Source: Bacteroidales bacterium
GTDB lineage: Bacteria; Bacteroidota; Bacteroidia; Bacteroidales; VadinHA17
Direction of reading: 5' to 3'
DNA: 64,000 bases
Assembly (NCBI GenBank): GCA_016928075.1
Contig: JAFGLJ010000003.1
Location: 4,581 to 68,580, forward strand
Shown: positions 1 to 11,004 of the stretch, in pieces
Layout of the letters: the number at the start of each line of letters is the position of its first letter
How positions within the stretch are numbered: position 1 is the first letter of the stretch
The notes under the pieces: generated by a model
What the model was told of the DNA's origin: nothing
What the model saw: the letters and a program-made list of their open reading frames with translations, nothing else
The model's database searches: none
Program-made: the position numbers and the translations under genes

Positions 1-834
1 ATTAAAACTCTGAGGAGGCTCACCGAAGGGAATGTTTATCTCAGTCTGAGCACCGAATCTACTTCAAATGTGCTGAAAAAAACTCCAGGGGTCGAGATCA
101 ACTATTTCTCAGGACCTCATCCGGCAGGAAACGTAGGGATACAAATACATCATATTGACCCTGTTAATAAAGGGGATATAGTATGGTATGTTAACCTTCA
201 GGATATAATATCAATAGGTCGACTGTTTAATGAAGGCAAGTATGCTCCCGATAAAATAGTCGCACTGGCTGGATCAGAGGTTGAAAAACCCAGGTACTAT
301 CGAACACGTACAGGCGCAAGCATTTCCACAATTATTAAAGGTAATATTCTCACAGTCAGGAGAGCAAGCTCAAATAATGTAAGGTATATCAGTGGAAATG
401 TTCTTACGGGACAAAAGATAGAACCTGATGGTTACCTGGGCTATTACGACTCTACAATAACTGTCATTCCCGAGGGTAACTATTATGAGTTTTTTGGATG
501 GATAACACCCGGATTGAATAAATTCAGCCTCTCACGAACATTCCTTACCTGGCTTATGCCCGGCAAAAAATATCGCCTCGATACAAATATGCACGGTGGT
601 GAAAGGGCATTTGTTGTAACTGGTGAATATGAGAAAGTCCTTCCCATGGATATTTATCCCATGCAATTACTTAAATCAATACTTGTCGAAGACATCGATA
701 AAATGGAACAACTGGGCATATACGAAGTAGCAGAAGAGGATTTTGCACTTTGCGAATTTATCTGCCCCTCCAAAATAGAGATACAGTCTATCATCCGTAA
801 AGGACTTGACCTGATGGCTAAGGAGATGAGTTAA
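1..834 (+). CDS. nqrA: Na+-translocating NADH:quinone oxidoreductase subunit A, C-terminal part (5' end lies outside the window)
   Basis: Frame 1 is open from nt 1 and joins the listed ORF 70..834. It is followed directly by recognisable nqrB-F in the canonical order. Confidence 0.85.
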   Translation: MKTLRRLTEGNVYLSLSTESTSNVLKKTPGVEINYFSGPHPAGNVGIQIHHIDPVNKGDIVWYVNLQDIISIGRLFNEGKYAPDKIVALAGSEVEKPRYYRTRTGASISTIIKGNILTVRRASSNNVRYISGNVLTGQKIEPDGYLGYYDSTITVIPEGNYYEFFGWITPGLNKFSLSRTFLTWLMPGKKYRLDTNMHGGERAFVVTGEYEKVLPMDIYPMQLLKSILVEDIDKMEQLGIYEVAEEDFALCEFICPSKIEIQSIIRKGLDLMAKEMS

Positions 835-859
835 AACATTTAAAAGTATTATCTTAATA

Positions 860-2017
860 ATGAAAGCATTAAGAAAACAAATAGATAAGATCAAACCTCA
901 TTTTGAGAAAGGTGGCAAGTTTGCAATATTTCGTTCTTTGTTCGATGCCATTGAAGTATTGATCTTCGTACCTGACAGGGTAACATCCAGGGGTTCTCAT
1001 ATAAGAGACGGTATTGATATGAAAAGGGTGATGATAACAGTGTGGATTGCCCTTATCCCTGCAGTCCTTTTCGGGATTTACAATATAGGTTTACAGTACT
1101 ACCAGTCAATTAATGTGGATGCGGGCTTCTGGCAAATGGTGTGGTTCGGATTCCTGAAATTCCTCCCGCTTTTGCTGGTTAGTTATATTGTGGGACTTGG
1201 TATTGAAATAATCTTTGCGCAGATAAGGGGGCATGAAGTGAATGAAGGTTATTTTGTAACCGGACTGCTCATACCTCTTATTGTGCCTGTCGATGTACCG
1301 CTATGGCAGCTTGCCCTGGCAGTGGTGTTCGCCGTTATCATTGGCAAAGAGGTTTTTGGGGGTACCGGTATGAATATCCTCAATCCTGCACTGGTGGCAA
1401 GAGCATTCCTTTTCTTTAGCTACCCCAAATGGATGTCAGGCGATCTCGTCTGGATAGCCAACCTTGTGAAAGGTGAAGGTGTCCCTGATACTTTTTCAGG
1501 AGCCACGCCCCTGGCACAGGCTGCACTGTATGAAGTTGACAGCATGCCCTCCGTAATGCAAATGTTCATTGGAACAATACCAGGTTCAGTGGGCGAAACA
1601 TCAACCATTGCGATTCTATTAGGAGCCGCTATACTGATATACACAGGCGTTGGTAGCTGGAAAATAATAGTAAGTGTATTTGCAGGAGGACTGGGAATGG
1701 GGTTGCTGCTGAATGCCTTCGCGGTAAATCCTTATATGGAAATACCTGCCTATCAGCACTTTGTGATGGGTGGCTTTGCTTTTGGAGCAGTGTTTATGGC
1801 TACCGACCCGGTGAGCGGTAGCCAGACTGAAACAGGTAAATGGATATATGGATTGCTTATAGGTATACTTGCAATCCTGATCAGGGTCCTGAATCCGGCA
1901 TTCCCCGAAGGGATGATGCTGGCAATACTGTTTATGAACGTATTTGCCCCACTGATCGACTATTATATCGTGCAGGCAAACATCAGGAGAAGATTAAAAA
2001 GGGCGAAAAGTAATTAA
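860..2017 (+). CDS. nqrB: Na+-NQR subunit B
   Basis: 385-aa polytopic membrane protein with the FSGATPLA region typical of the NqrB/RnfD FMN-attachment site. It is the second gene of the nqr cluster. Confidence 0.9.
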   Translation: MKALRKQIDKIKPHFEKGGKFAIFRSLFDAIEVLIFVPDRVTSRGSHIRDGIDMKRVMITVWIALIPAVLFGIYNIGLQYYQSINVDAGFWQMVWFGFLKFLPLLLVSYIVGLGIEIIFAQIRGHEVNEGYFVTGLLIPLIVPVDVPLWQLALAVVFAVIIGKEVFGGTGMNILNPALVARAFLFFSYPKWMSGDLVWIANLVKGEGVPDTFSGATPLAQAALYEVDSMPSVMQMFIGTIPGSVGETSTIAILLGAAILIYTGVGSWKIIVSVFAGGLGMGLLLNAFAVNPYMEIPAYQHFVMGGFAFGAVFMATDPVSGSQTETGKWIYGLLIGILAILIRVLNPAFPEGMMLAILFMNVFAPLIDYYIVQANIRRRLKRAKSN

Positions 2018-2029
2018 AAGATATTTGCA

Positions 2030-2731
2030 ATGAAACAATTCAGTAACAGGTATATATTCATCTTTGCAACAGTCATGGTTGCCATTGTTGCTCTGGTACT
2101 GTCCTCTGCTGCCTTGCTACTTCAGCCATTGCAGGAGAAGAATGCAGAAATAGAGAAAAAACGAAATATCCTCGCTTCGGTAGGCGTAGAAGCGACAGAG
2201 GATAATGCAGAGAAACTTTATGAACAGTATATTATCGGGTCTTTTGTCCTGGACAACACAGCCGAAAAAGTAGAGGGTGTTGATCCTTTTAATGTGGATG
2301 TCAGGAAAGAACAGAGAAAACCCATTGAAGAACAGGTCTTCCCCGTATTTGTAGCCACTTTGGAAGACGGCAGCAACACCTATATAATGCCCCTGGAAGG
2401 TAAAGGCCTGTGGGGTCCCATTTATGGCTATATATCTCTCAAAGATGACCTCAGAACAATTAACGGGGTGACATTCGATCATAAATCGGAAACCCCCGGA
2501 CTGGGTGCTGAGATCAATGAAAGCTGGTTCGAAGCTCAGTTTATTGATAAAAAACTCTTCGAAGATGGTGACTTCGTTAGTATAACAATACAAAAAGGCG
2601 GAGCTGAAGAAGGCGATCCTCATGCCGTGGATGCGGTATCGGGAGGTACCATTACAAGTAAAGCACTTGAAGCAATGTTGTATGACTGCCTCGCTAATTA
2701 TGTTGAATTCCTGAAAAAAAATAGTGAATAA
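2030..2731 (+). CDS. nqrC: Na+-NQR subunit C
   Basis: Single N-terminal TM helix, an SGGTITS flavinylation motif, and the third position in the operon. Confidence 0.9.
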   Translation: MKQFSNRYIFIFATVMVAIVALVLSSAALLLQPLQEKNAEIEKKRNILASVGVEATEDNAEKLYEQYIIGSFVLDNTAEKVEGVDPFNVDVRKEQRKPIEEQVFPVFVATLEDGSNTYIMPLEGKGLWGPIYGYISLKDDLRTINGVTFDHKSETPGLGAEINESWFEAQFIDKKLFEDGDFVSITIQKGGAEEGDPHAVDAVSGGTITSKALEAMLYDCLANYVEFLKKNSE

Positions 2732-2734
2732 GAT

Positions 2735-3391
2735 ATGAGCAAAGAAAAAGAAAGAGAACCATTGTTCTCAGCCAAAAACCTGAAACTGCTGAAAGATCCG
2801 CTGGGTGAAAATAACCCGATAACCGTACAGGTGCTGGGTATATGTTCTGCTCTTGCAGTAACGGCCAAACTGAAGCCTGCAGTTGTTATGGCAATATCTG
2901 TTGTAGTCGTTCTTTCAGTGTCAAACGTGATAGTGTCAATATTCAGGAAATCAGTACCACCACGAATAAGGATTATCTTCCAGCTGGTCGTTATAGCCAT
3001 GATGGTTATCCTTGTCGATCAGGTGCTTAAAGCATTTGCCTTTGAGGTAAGTAAACAGCTTTCAGTGTTCGTGGGACTGATTATTACTAACTGTATAATC
3101 ATGGGCCGGCTCGAGGCTTTCGCCCTGGCTAATAAACCATGGGAATCATTCCTTGACGGTCTGGGCAACGCAGCAGGATACGGACTGATCCTGATCATAG
3201 TGGGATTCTTCAGGGAATTCCTTGGCTCTGGTACTATCTTCGGATACCATATGATGGAAAAAATAGGTATCTATAATATAGGTTATGAAAATAATGGCTT
3301 CATGATCCTGCCGCCTATGGCCCTGATAACGGTGGGAATTATTATCTGGGTCCAGCGAAGCCGGAACAAGGATCTGATTGATAAAAGTTAA
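2735..3391 (+). CDS. nqrD: Na+-NQR subunit D
   Basis: 218-aa polytopic membrane protein of NqrD/RnfE type in the expected operon position. Confidence 0.9.
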   Translation: MSKEKEREPLFSAKNLKLLKDPLGENNPITVQVLGICSALAVTAKLKPAVVMAISVVVVLSVSNVIVSIFRKSVPPRIRIIFQLVVIAMMVILVDQVLKAFAFEVSKQLSVFVGLIITNCIIMGRLEAFALANKPWESFLDGLGNAAGYGLILIIVGFFREFLGSGTIFGYHMMEKIGIYNIGYENNGFMILPPMALITVGIIIWVQRSRNKDLIDKS

Positions 3392-3402
3392 AACCGGGAA
3401 TA

Positions 3403-4020
3403 ATGGAAAATATAGTCAATATTTTTGTAAGGTCGGTCTTTATAGACAATATGGTCTTTGCATATTTCCTTGGGATGTGCTCATACCTCGCAGTGTCGAA
3501 AACAGTGAAGACCTCCGTAGGTCTGGGTGTTGCCGTTGTATTCGTGCTTACAATTACCGTTCCTGTAAACTACCTTATTCACAATTACCTGCTGAAAGAA
3601 GGTGCACTGAAATGGCTGAGCGAGTCCTTTGAAGGAATAAATCTTAGCTTCCTCTCTTTTATAATGTTCATCGCTGTTATCGCATCAATAGTACAACTGG
3701 TCGAAATGGTGGTTGAGAAATTCACCCCGGCTTTGTATACATCACTCGGTATATTCCTTCCACTTATTGCAGTTAATTGCGCAATACTTGGAGGATCATT
3801 GTTTATGGTTGAAAGGGAATATGCTAATATCGGCGAAGCAACAGTATTTGGGTTTGGCTCAGGCGTGGGATTCCTGCTGGCAATAGCAGGAATAGCAGCA
3901 ATTAGAGAAAAAATACAGTATTCAAATGTGCCGGCGCCGCTGAGAGGACTGGGAATAACATTTATTATTACCGGGCTTATGGGAATTGCTTTCATGAGCT
4001 TTATGGGTATTAAACTGTAA
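3403..4020 (+). CDS. nqrE: Na+-NQR subunit E
   Basis: 205-aa polytopic membrane protein of NqrE/RnfA type in the expected operon position. Confidence 0.9.
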   Translation: MENIVNIFVRSVFIDNMVFAYFLGMCSYLAVSKTVKTSVGLGVAVVFVLTITVPVNYLIHNYLLKEGALKWLSESFEGINLSFLSFIMFIAVIASIVQLVEMVVEKFTPALYTSLGIFLPLIAVNCAILGGSLFMVEREYANIGEATVFGFGSGVGFLLAIAGIAAIREKIQYSNVPAPLRGLGITFIITGLMGIAFMSFMGIKL

Positions 4021-4032
4021 AATTGCATAATT

Positions 4033-5286
4033 ATGATATTAGCTACATCCACGATAGGTCTTATCGGAATAAGTATACTGGTTTTCCTTGTAGTAATACT
4101 GCTACTCGTTATTATACTGTTGTATGCAAGGAAGAAACTGGTACCGCAGGGTGATGTTAAACTGAAGGTAAACGATCGCGAAATGATCGTGCCACCCGGT
4201 AATAACCTTATGGCAACCCTTTCAAATAACGATATATTCCTCCCTTCAGCATGCGGGGGAGGCGGAACCTGCGGACAGTGTAAATGCCAGATCCTTGAGG
4301 GTGGAGGTTCAATATTACCGACAGAAACAGGGTTCTTTACCCGTAAGGAACAACAGAATTACTGGCGCCTGGGTTGCCAGGTAAAAGTAAGGCAGGACAT
4401 GGTTATAAAACTTCCTGAAGAAATTCTTGGTATTAAGAAATGGGAGTGTGAAGTGTTGTCAAATAAAAATGTGGCAACATTCATCAAGGAATTCATGGTT
4501 AAACTGCCTGAAGGGGAATCAATGGATTTCAAGCCGGGTGAATACGTGCAGATCGATGTTCCTAAATTCGACATCTCATTTAAAGATATGGATATCGAAG
4601 AAGAATTCAGGGATGAATGGGATAAATATAATATGTGGGGCCTGAAAACTAAAAACTCCGAAGAGACAATGAGGGCCTATTCTATGGCAAACCACCCCGC
4701 CGAAGGAAATATTATTATGCTTAATATTCGTATAGCAACTCCTCCCTGGGATAGGAAAAAGAATCAGTTCATGAACGTGCCTCCCGGTTTATGTTCATCC
4801 TACGTCTTTACACGTAAACCCGGGGATAAGGTCATGATTTCAGGTCCTTTCGGGGATTTCCATATTAAGGATACTGAGAACGAAATGATCTATATTGGCG
4901 GTGGAGCTGGTATGGCCCCCCTGAGGTCACATATATACCACCTTTTCCACTCACTGAAAACCGGCCGTAAAGTATCATACTGGTATGGAGCACGGTCACG
5001 GCGCGAAATATTCTATGAAGAAGAATTCAGGGCTATAGAAAAGAAATTCCCAAATTTTAAATTTAACCTGGCACTTTCAGAACCCTTGCCGGAAGATAAT
5101 TGGGAAGGCTATACAGGATTTATCCACCAGGTGCTGTATGATGAGTACCTGAGTAAACTGGAAGAACCTGAAGAAATTGAATATTACTTCTGTGGGCCAC
5201 CCCTTATGAACGATGCAGTAATTAAATTGCTGTACGATATGGGTATACCTGATGAGAATATAGCATTTGACGACTTCGGAGGATAA
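4033..5286 (+). CDS. nqrF: Na+-NQR subunit F
   Basis: N-terminal TM helix, a 2Fe-2S ferredoxin motif ([12 protein letters not shown]), an FAD motif (RAYSMAN) and an NAD motif (GGGAGMAP). Confidence 0.93.
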   Translation: MILATSTIGLIGISILVFLVVILLLVIILLYARKKLVPQGDVKLKVNDREMIVPPGNNLMATLSNNDIFLPSACGGGGTCGQCKCQILEGGGSILPTETGFFTRKEQQNYWRLGCQVKVRQDMVIKLPEEILGIKKWECEVLSNKNVATFIKEFMVKLPEGESMDFKPGEYVQIDVPKFDISFKDMDIEEEFRDEWDKYNMWGLKTKNSEETMRAYSMANHPAEGNIIMLNIRIATPPWDRKKNQFMNVPPGLCSSYVFTRKPGDKVMISGPFGDFHIKDTENEMIYIGGGAGMAPLRSHIYHLFHSLKTGRKVSYWYGARSRREIFYEEEFRAIEKKFPNFKFNLALSEPLPEDNWEGYTGFIHQVLYDEYLSKLEEPEEIEYYFCGPPLMNDAVIKLLYDMGIPDENIAFDDFGG

Positions 5287-5295
5287 AATAAAAAA

Positions 5296-5326
5296 GAGGG
5301 CTGTTTGGGACAGCCCTCCTTCATTC
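5296..5326 (+). terminator. Rho-independent-like terminator after nqrF
   Basis: Stem GAGGGCTG (5296-5303) pairs with CAGCCCTC (5311-5318) around a 7-nt loop. A T-rich tail CTTCATTCTT follows. Confidence 0.6.
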
Positions 5327-5523
5327 TTATCCTTTGAAGATAGGGGGAAAGGGGAATATGAAAACATATCTTCATGACAAATCTATCATTTTATTTCTAT
5401 TCCTCCATATCTTTTTGGCGAACCATAATAAATAATACATAAAAGCATGTTTTCCTTACAGGAAAGTAAATTTCCTATTCTTTCATATATTAATTATTTT
5501 CGAAATGAATTAATATCTGTGAG

Positions 5524-6537
5524 ATGAGTAGGAAATATTTATTGTTAATCTTTTTTATTATTACGGCTCTGTCTGCCTGTCAGACAGAAAAAAATTTTGA
5601 ATATAAACTCCAGGGCTTTACACAGGGAACAAGCTATTCTGTTATCTGGTATGATACCAGGGGTGCTGATGACCGTGAAGTGGGTAATGACATATATGAC
5701 TTGCTCACAGCAGTCGATAGTTCATTATCCACCTATAATATGGGGTCGGTAATTTCACTGGTCAATAGAAACGAAGAAGTTGTCCTCGATACCTTATTCT
5801 TGAAAGTGTTTAATAAGTCTTACGAGATATGGTTACTCACAGAAGGTGCCTTCGATATAACCGCAGCTCCCCTTATCAATGCCTGGGGCTTCGGACCAGA
5901 TGCAACAAAAAGATTTAATGAAAGCATCAAGGACAGACTCATGGAACTCGTGGGAATGGATAAAATAAAAATTGTGGATGGTATGGTGATTAAGAGTGAT
6001 CCCGACATGTGCCTGGATGTTAATGCTATAGCACAGGGATACACCGTAGACCTGATTTATGGATACCTTTCAGCAAGGGGACTTGAAAGCTACCTTGTGG
6101 AAGTAGGAGGAGAAGTACGGACCAGGGGGACAAAACCCGATGGGAGACCATGGATAATAGGACTTGATAAACCAAGCGATGGAAATATATCACCCGGGCT
6201 ATACAGGCAGGCTGATATTAAGCTTGTTGATAAAGCCCTGGCAACGTCAGGCAACTACAGGAAATATTATATCGAAGATGGAATAAAATATTCACATACC
6301 ATTGATCCTAAAACAGGCTACCCGGTACGACATCAATTACTCAGCGCAACAATAATTACAGATGATTGCATGACTGCTGATGCCCTTGCCACTGCTTGCA
6401 TGGTTATGGGACTGGAAAAGGCCAAGGAGTTTATACATAAAATAGAAGGCCTGGAAGCTTATCTGGTTTATTCAGGTAAAGATGGGGATTTTAATACCTG
6501 GTTTACCGATGGAATGATTAATTACCTGTCTGATTGA
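5524..6537 (+). CDS. apbE: FAD:protein FMN transferase (ApbE family lipoprotein)
   Basis: Lipoprotein signal (LSAC) and ApbE-type motifs (DITAAPLINAWGFGP, ATSGNYRKYY, SHTIDPKTGYP). It sits directly downstream of nqrF. Confidence 0.9.
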   Translation: MSRKYLLLIFFIITALSACQTEKNFEYKLQGFTQGTSYSVIWYDTRGADDREVGNDIYDLLTAVDSSLSTYNMGSVISLVNRNEEVVLDTLFLKVFNKSYEIWLLTEGAFDITAAPLINAWGFGPDATKRFNESIKDRLMELVGMDKIKIVDGMVIKSDPDMCLDVNAIAQGYTVDLIYGYLSARGLESYLVEVGGEVRTRGTKPDGRPWIIGLDKPSDGNISPGLYRQADIKLVDKALATSGNYRKYYIEDGIKYSHTIDPKTGYPVRHQLLSATIITDDCMTADALATACMVMGLEKAKEFIHKIEGLEAYLVYSGKDGDFNTWFTDGMINYLSD

Positions 6538-6762
6538 TCACTTGATACCCCCGCAGGAAGAACAACCGGGGAAATCATCGGTTGGATTACAGCCGACATC
6601 AATGCTCTGAGCACACCTGATACCTCGCTTGGCCATCTCTTTGTTTCGGCCTATGTGCGTTTCCGGAAACCGGCCACCCCTAACGAACATGATTCTAACC
6701 GCCAGGCCCAGAAGGGCAACTGCTACCAATAAAATACTTAAAATCAATAATTTTAAAAACAT
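6538..6762 (-). CDS. Small single-TM protein with four cysteines, candidate NqrM-like maturation factor
   Basis: 74 aa with an N-terminal TM helix, then a soluble tail with 4 Cys (GIRC, VGC, PGCSSC). Its stop codon abuts the apbE stop with zero spacer, in convergent orientation. Confidence 0.55.
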   Translation of the reverse strand: MFLKLLILSILLVAVALLGLAVRIMFVRGGRFPETHIGRNKEMAKRGIRCAQSIDVGCNPTDDFPGCSSCGGIK

Positions 6763-6962
6763 AACCAGTTAAATTCCTCTCTTCTGATTTGTAAAACCCA
6801 AATTTAATAAAACAAATTGAATCTCATTATTAAAACAAGAGGGGAATATTTTTGTTTAATAATTGAAAGACTTTTAGTAAACGTTATTCGGCGGTTAGTT
6901 CTATTTTTGAATAAATGTTATTTTTATATAATTAACCTCCTAACCTGAACAAATAAACAGTA

Positions 6963-9386
6963 ATGAAAAAACAGGAGAAAACTCAAAAGAAGTTTGACAG
7001 TAAAGAAGTATTATCTGATTATAAACTGGCGAACCTGAGCCGGAACCTTAGCGTTATAGGAAGGCGTGAAGTATTGTCCGGTAAAGCCAAATTCGGCATT
7101 TTTGGCGATGGTAAGGAAATAGCCCAGATTGCACTGGCAAAACAGTTTAAGAATGGTGACTGGAGATCAGGCTATTACCGTGATCAGACATGGATGATGG
7201 CAATGGGGCTCTTCGATGCAGAAGGATTCTTTCATCAACTGTACGGTAATACGGATAAGGAACTGAACCCCGGCAACGGAGGCAGGGTGTTCAATAACCA
7301 CTTCTCCACACCTAATATAAACCCTGATGGTAGCTGGAAGGAACTGACGAAACTGAAAAACTCATCAGCTGATCTGTCACCTACAGCAGGGCAGATGCCC
7401 AGGTTAGTCGGACTGGCATATGCATCAAAAATTTTCAGGGAAAACAAAGAACTCGCAAAGTATAAAAGCTTTTCAATTAATGGTAATGAAGTGGCTTTTG
7501 GCTCAATAGGGGATGCAAGTACATCGGAAGGATATTTCTGGGAGGCAGTAAATGCTGCAGGCGTACTGCAGATACCCATGGCATTGTCTATATGGGATAA
7601 TGGCTTCGGGATATCTGTGCCAAAGAAATACCAGACAACAAAAGGCGACATCTCAGAAATACTGAAGGGTTTTGAAAGTCGTAAGAAAGGGGAAGGAATA
7701 CGAATTTATAAGGGCAGGGGATGGGATTATCCAGGACTGGTCGAAATGTATGAAAAAGGTGTGGAAGAGTGCCGTCGCGATCATGTACCGGTGATATTTC
7801 ATATTGATGAAGTAACACAACCGCTGGGCCATTCAACTTCAGGATCGCATGAGAGGTATAAGGATGAAGAAAGATTGCAATGGGAAAAGGATTTTGATCC
7901 GATAAAAAAAATGAGGGAGTGGATATTGGCTGAAGGGCTGGCAACGGAAAAAGAACTTGATGAACTTGAAAAGGAAGCTGATAACGAGGCTAAAGAAGCA
8001 CGTAAGAAAGCATGGAATGCATTCCAGGAACCAATAAGAATAGAACGGGATGCGCTTGTTAAACTTGTAAAAGAAAAAAACTGCAGGTGCGATAACAAAG
8101 GGAAAGAAGATTCTATCCACAATATCATAGATGACCTTCAAAAGGTTTTGCACCCTATTCGTAAAGATAATTTTGTTGCTGCACGACGTATAATACGTAA
8201 TGTATGCAGCGATTGTACTAAAAAGAAAAGCCTTAAAAATGACCTGCAGGCATGGCTTAAAAGAAACAAAGAAGACGGATATCAGAGGTATAACACCTAC
8301 CTGTATAACCAGACCGACAGGTCAGCTCTTAAGGTAAAACCAATAGAACCTGTATACTCAGATAATTCACCCATTGTGCCGGGTCGGGAAATACTTCGCG
8401 ATAACCACGATGTGCAATTCTCCAAGAATCCATTGCTGCTTACCTTCGGTGAGGATGCCGGTAAGATTGGTGGTGTGAACCAGAGCTATGAAGGACTGCA
8501 GTCAAAATACGGGGAGCTCAGGGTCACCGATACAGGTATAAGGGAAGCAACAATACTGGGGCAGGGAATAGGTCTTGCACTAAGGGGGCTCAGACCTATA
8601 GCCGAGATACAGTATCTCGACTACCTGCTTTATGCGCTTCAGGGATTAAGTGATGATCTGGCAACAACTCATTATCGTACCGCCGGCAATATGGTGGCAC
8701 CTCTAATAGTCAGTACAAGAGGTCACAGGCTTGAAGGTATCTGGCATAGCGGATCACCAATTGCCATGCTGATAAATTCGGTCAGGGGTATGTATGTTTG
8801 CGTGCCCCGCGATATGACAAGGGCTGCCGGTTTTTATAATACCCTCCTGGAAGGGGAAGACCCGGGAATAGTTATTGAACCTCTCAACGGGTACAGACTG
8901 CGCGAAAAACGCCCTGATAATATAGGTGAATACAGAATCCCATTGGGTGTGCCGGAAGTATTGACCGAAGGTAATGATATTACCGTTGTATCTTACGGGT
9001 CAACCCTGAAGATAGCCATGGAAGCGGTTGAACAGCTGAATAAACATGATATATCTGTTGAATTGATTGATGTGCAGACATTACTGCCATTTGATATCAA
9101 TAAAGTAATACTTAAATCAATTAAGAAAACAGGCAAAGCTCTGTTTGTGGATGAGGACGTTCCGGGTGGTACAACAGCCTATATGATGCAGCAGGTACTG
9201 GAAAACCAGAATGGATGGTTCTATCTCGACAGTCAGCCAAGAACACTTGCTGCTAAGGAACACAGGCCTGCGTATTCAACAGACGGCGATTACCTGTCAA
9301 AACCTTCTGCAGAAGATATCTTTGATACGGTGTATGCAATGATGAGGGAAGTTAAACCCGGGAAATATGTCGATTTCCTTGCATAG
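6963..9386 (+). CDS. Fused alpha/beta 2-oxoacid dehydrogenase E1 component (TPP-dependent)
   Basis: 807 aa. The N-terminal half resembles E1-alpha (TPP-binding GDASTSEG region) and the C-terminal half resembles E1-beta/transketolase (pyrimidine-binding and C-terminal domains). A charged insert lies between them. Confidence 0.8.
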   Translation: MKKQEKTQKKFDSKEVLSDYKLANLSRNLSVIGRREVLSGKAKFGIFGDGKEIAQIALAKQFKNGDWRSGYYRDQTWMMAMGLFDAEGFFHQLYGNTDKELNPGNGGRVFNNHFSTPNINPDGSWKELTKLKNSSADLSPTAGQMPRLVGLAYASKIFRENKELAKYKSFSINGNEVAFGSIGDASTSEGYFWEAVNAAGVLQIPMALSIWDNGFGISVPKKYQTTKGDISEILKGFESRKKGEGIRIYKGRGWDYPGLVEMYEKGVEECRRDHVPVIFHIDEVTQPLGHSTSGSHERYKDEERLQWEKDFDPIKKMREWILAEGLATEKELDELEKEADNEAKEARKKAWNAFQEPIRIERDALVKLVKEKNCRCDNKGKEDSIHNIIDDLQKVLHPIRKDNFVAARRIIRNVCSDCTKKKSLKNDLQAWLKRNKEDGYQRYNTYLYNQTDRSALKVKPIEPVYSDNSPIVPGREILRDNHDVQFSKNPLLLTFGEDAGKIGGVNQSYEGLQSKYGELRVTDTGIREATILGQGIGLALRGLRPIAEIQYLDYLLYALQGLSDDLATTHYRTAGNMVAPLIVSTRGHRLEGIWHSGSPIAMLINSVRGMYVCVPRDMTRAAGFYNTLLEGEDPGIVIEPLNGYRLREKRPDNIGEYRIPLGVPEVLTEGNDITVVSYGSTLKIAMEAVEQLNKHDISVELIDVQTLLPFDINKVILKSIKKTGKALFVDEDVPGGTTAYMMQQVLENQNGWFYLDSQPRTLAAKEHRPAYSTDGDYLSKPSAEDIFDTVYAMMREVKPGKYVDFLA

Positions 9387-9409
9387 TCCGGTCATAGTAC
9401 AGGTATATC

Positions 9410-10882
9410 TTATTCGACCATGGTTTGACGACCGGCGTCCTTGTCGTCACTGAACCGCCTTATCTTAATATTAAAAGCGGCCATGAAAATACTCATGAAA
9501 GGACTTATTATATTGAAGAAGCAGTATGGCAGATATGTGAATGTTGATACCCCCAGTACCCCCGATTGTGTAGCACCACAGGTATTCCATGGTATGAGAA
9601 CCGAAGTGACAGTTCCCGAATCTTCAAGAGACCTGCTCAACAGTTCTGGCTTGAATCCCATTTCCTTGAATATCTTGGCGAACATGCGACCGGGAACAAC
9701 TATGGCCAGGTACTGGTCAGAGGCAGTGGCGTTGAAGAAAAGACATGTGCCCACTGTGGCACCTACCAGGCTTCCGGCATTGTGTACAACTTTCATGATA
9801 TAAGAGGTGATCTTAATGAGCATACCCGCTGATTCCATAACTCCACCGAAAACCATAGCCGTGATAATAAGCCATATTGTGTTGAGCATGCCGGCCATAC
9901 CCCGGGTCGACAGTAATTCATTTACAGCACTGTTCTCTGTACTTACAGAAACACTCCCGAACATTGTACGCATAACACTTATATAGGATTGCTTGACATA
10001 ATTGCCTTCTGTACCGGCTACTTCCCTTATTACATCAGGCTGGAGAATAACTGCAAATACTGCACCTGCCAGCGTGCCGGCAATGAGGGCAGGCAGGGGA
10101 GGGACTTTCTTTACTATTATGAAAATAAGAAAGGCAGGAACGATAAGAAGGATAGGACTTACATTGAACTTATTGTCAATGGCAGTAAGTACTACATCCA
10201 CATCAGCACCATTAGAGTCAAGATTGTTGGCAAGACCAATAATAAGGAAAATAATCAGGGTAATCAGTATGCTCGGACCCGTGGTAAGTACCATATACCT
10301 TATATGTGTAAACAGGTCCGTGCCGGCCATCGCGGGAGCAAGGTTGGTGGTGTCTGATAATGGAGACATCTTGTCCCCGAAATAAGCACCAGATATTATA
10401 GCTCCTGCCACAAGACCTTTATTGAAACCAAGCGTGGTGCCTATACCCAGTAAAGCTATACCTATGGTTGCAACAGTCGACCATGAACTGCCTGTGGCCA
10501 GTGATACTATGGCACATATTATTACACTGGCAAAAAGGAAAATGGTAGGATTAAGTATCTTCAGACCATAATATATGAGCATGGGTACAACACCACTGAT
10601 CATCCATGTACCCGCAAGTGAACCTATGAGAAACAATATAAGTATCGAAGGCATGGCTGAGCCAATACTTTTTACTATTGTTGCCCTGATAGATTTCCAG
10701 TTATGACCCAGCCTTACTGCAAAAAGACCTGCAACAGTGGCTGATAAGACAAGAGCTATCTGGTTGGCACCGGAAAGCGTGTCATCCCCAAAATACCTGA
10801 CATTGAATGTAAGAAGTATAATTAATAATATAATCGGGATTAATGCCTCCAGCAGCCGTGGTTCCCTTATATCTTTCGTCAT
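9410..10882 (-). CDS. nhaC: Na+/H+ antiporter, NhaC family
   Basis: 490-aa polytopic membrane protein with NhaC-family N-terminus and length. Confidence 0.8.
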   Translation of the reverse strand: MTKDIREPRLLEALIPIILLIILLTFNVRYFGDDTLSGANQIALVLSATVAGLFAVRLGHNWKSIRATIVKSIGSAMPSILILFLIGSLAGTWMISGVVPMLIYYGLKILNPTIFLFASVIICAIVSLATGSSWSTVATIGIALLGIGTTLGFNKGLVAGAIISGAYFGDKMSPLSDTTNLAPAMAGTDLFTHIRYMVLTTGPSILITLIIFLIIGLANNLDSNGADVDVVLTAIDNKFNVSPILLIVPAFLIFIIVKKVPPLPALIAGTLAGAVFAVILQPDVIREVAGTEGNYVKQSYISVMRTMFGSVSVSTENSAVNELLSTRGMAGMLNTIWLIITAMVFGGVMESAGMLIKITSYIMKVVHNAGSLVGATVGTCLFFNATASDQYLAIVVPGRMFAKIFKEMGFKPELLSRSLEDSGTVTSVLIPWNTCGATQSGVLGVSTFTYLPYCFFNIISPFMSIFMAAFNIKIRRFSDDKDAGRQTMVE

Positions 10883-11004
10883 AAACGTCTGTCAGTTTAA
10901 AGAAGCCACAATATAGAATTTTTTTACCTTTTATCCATCATTCCATAATTCCGTATAAAATAATCTTTGACTTTACTTTTATTTTTGAATATCTTGTTGT
11001 ATTA

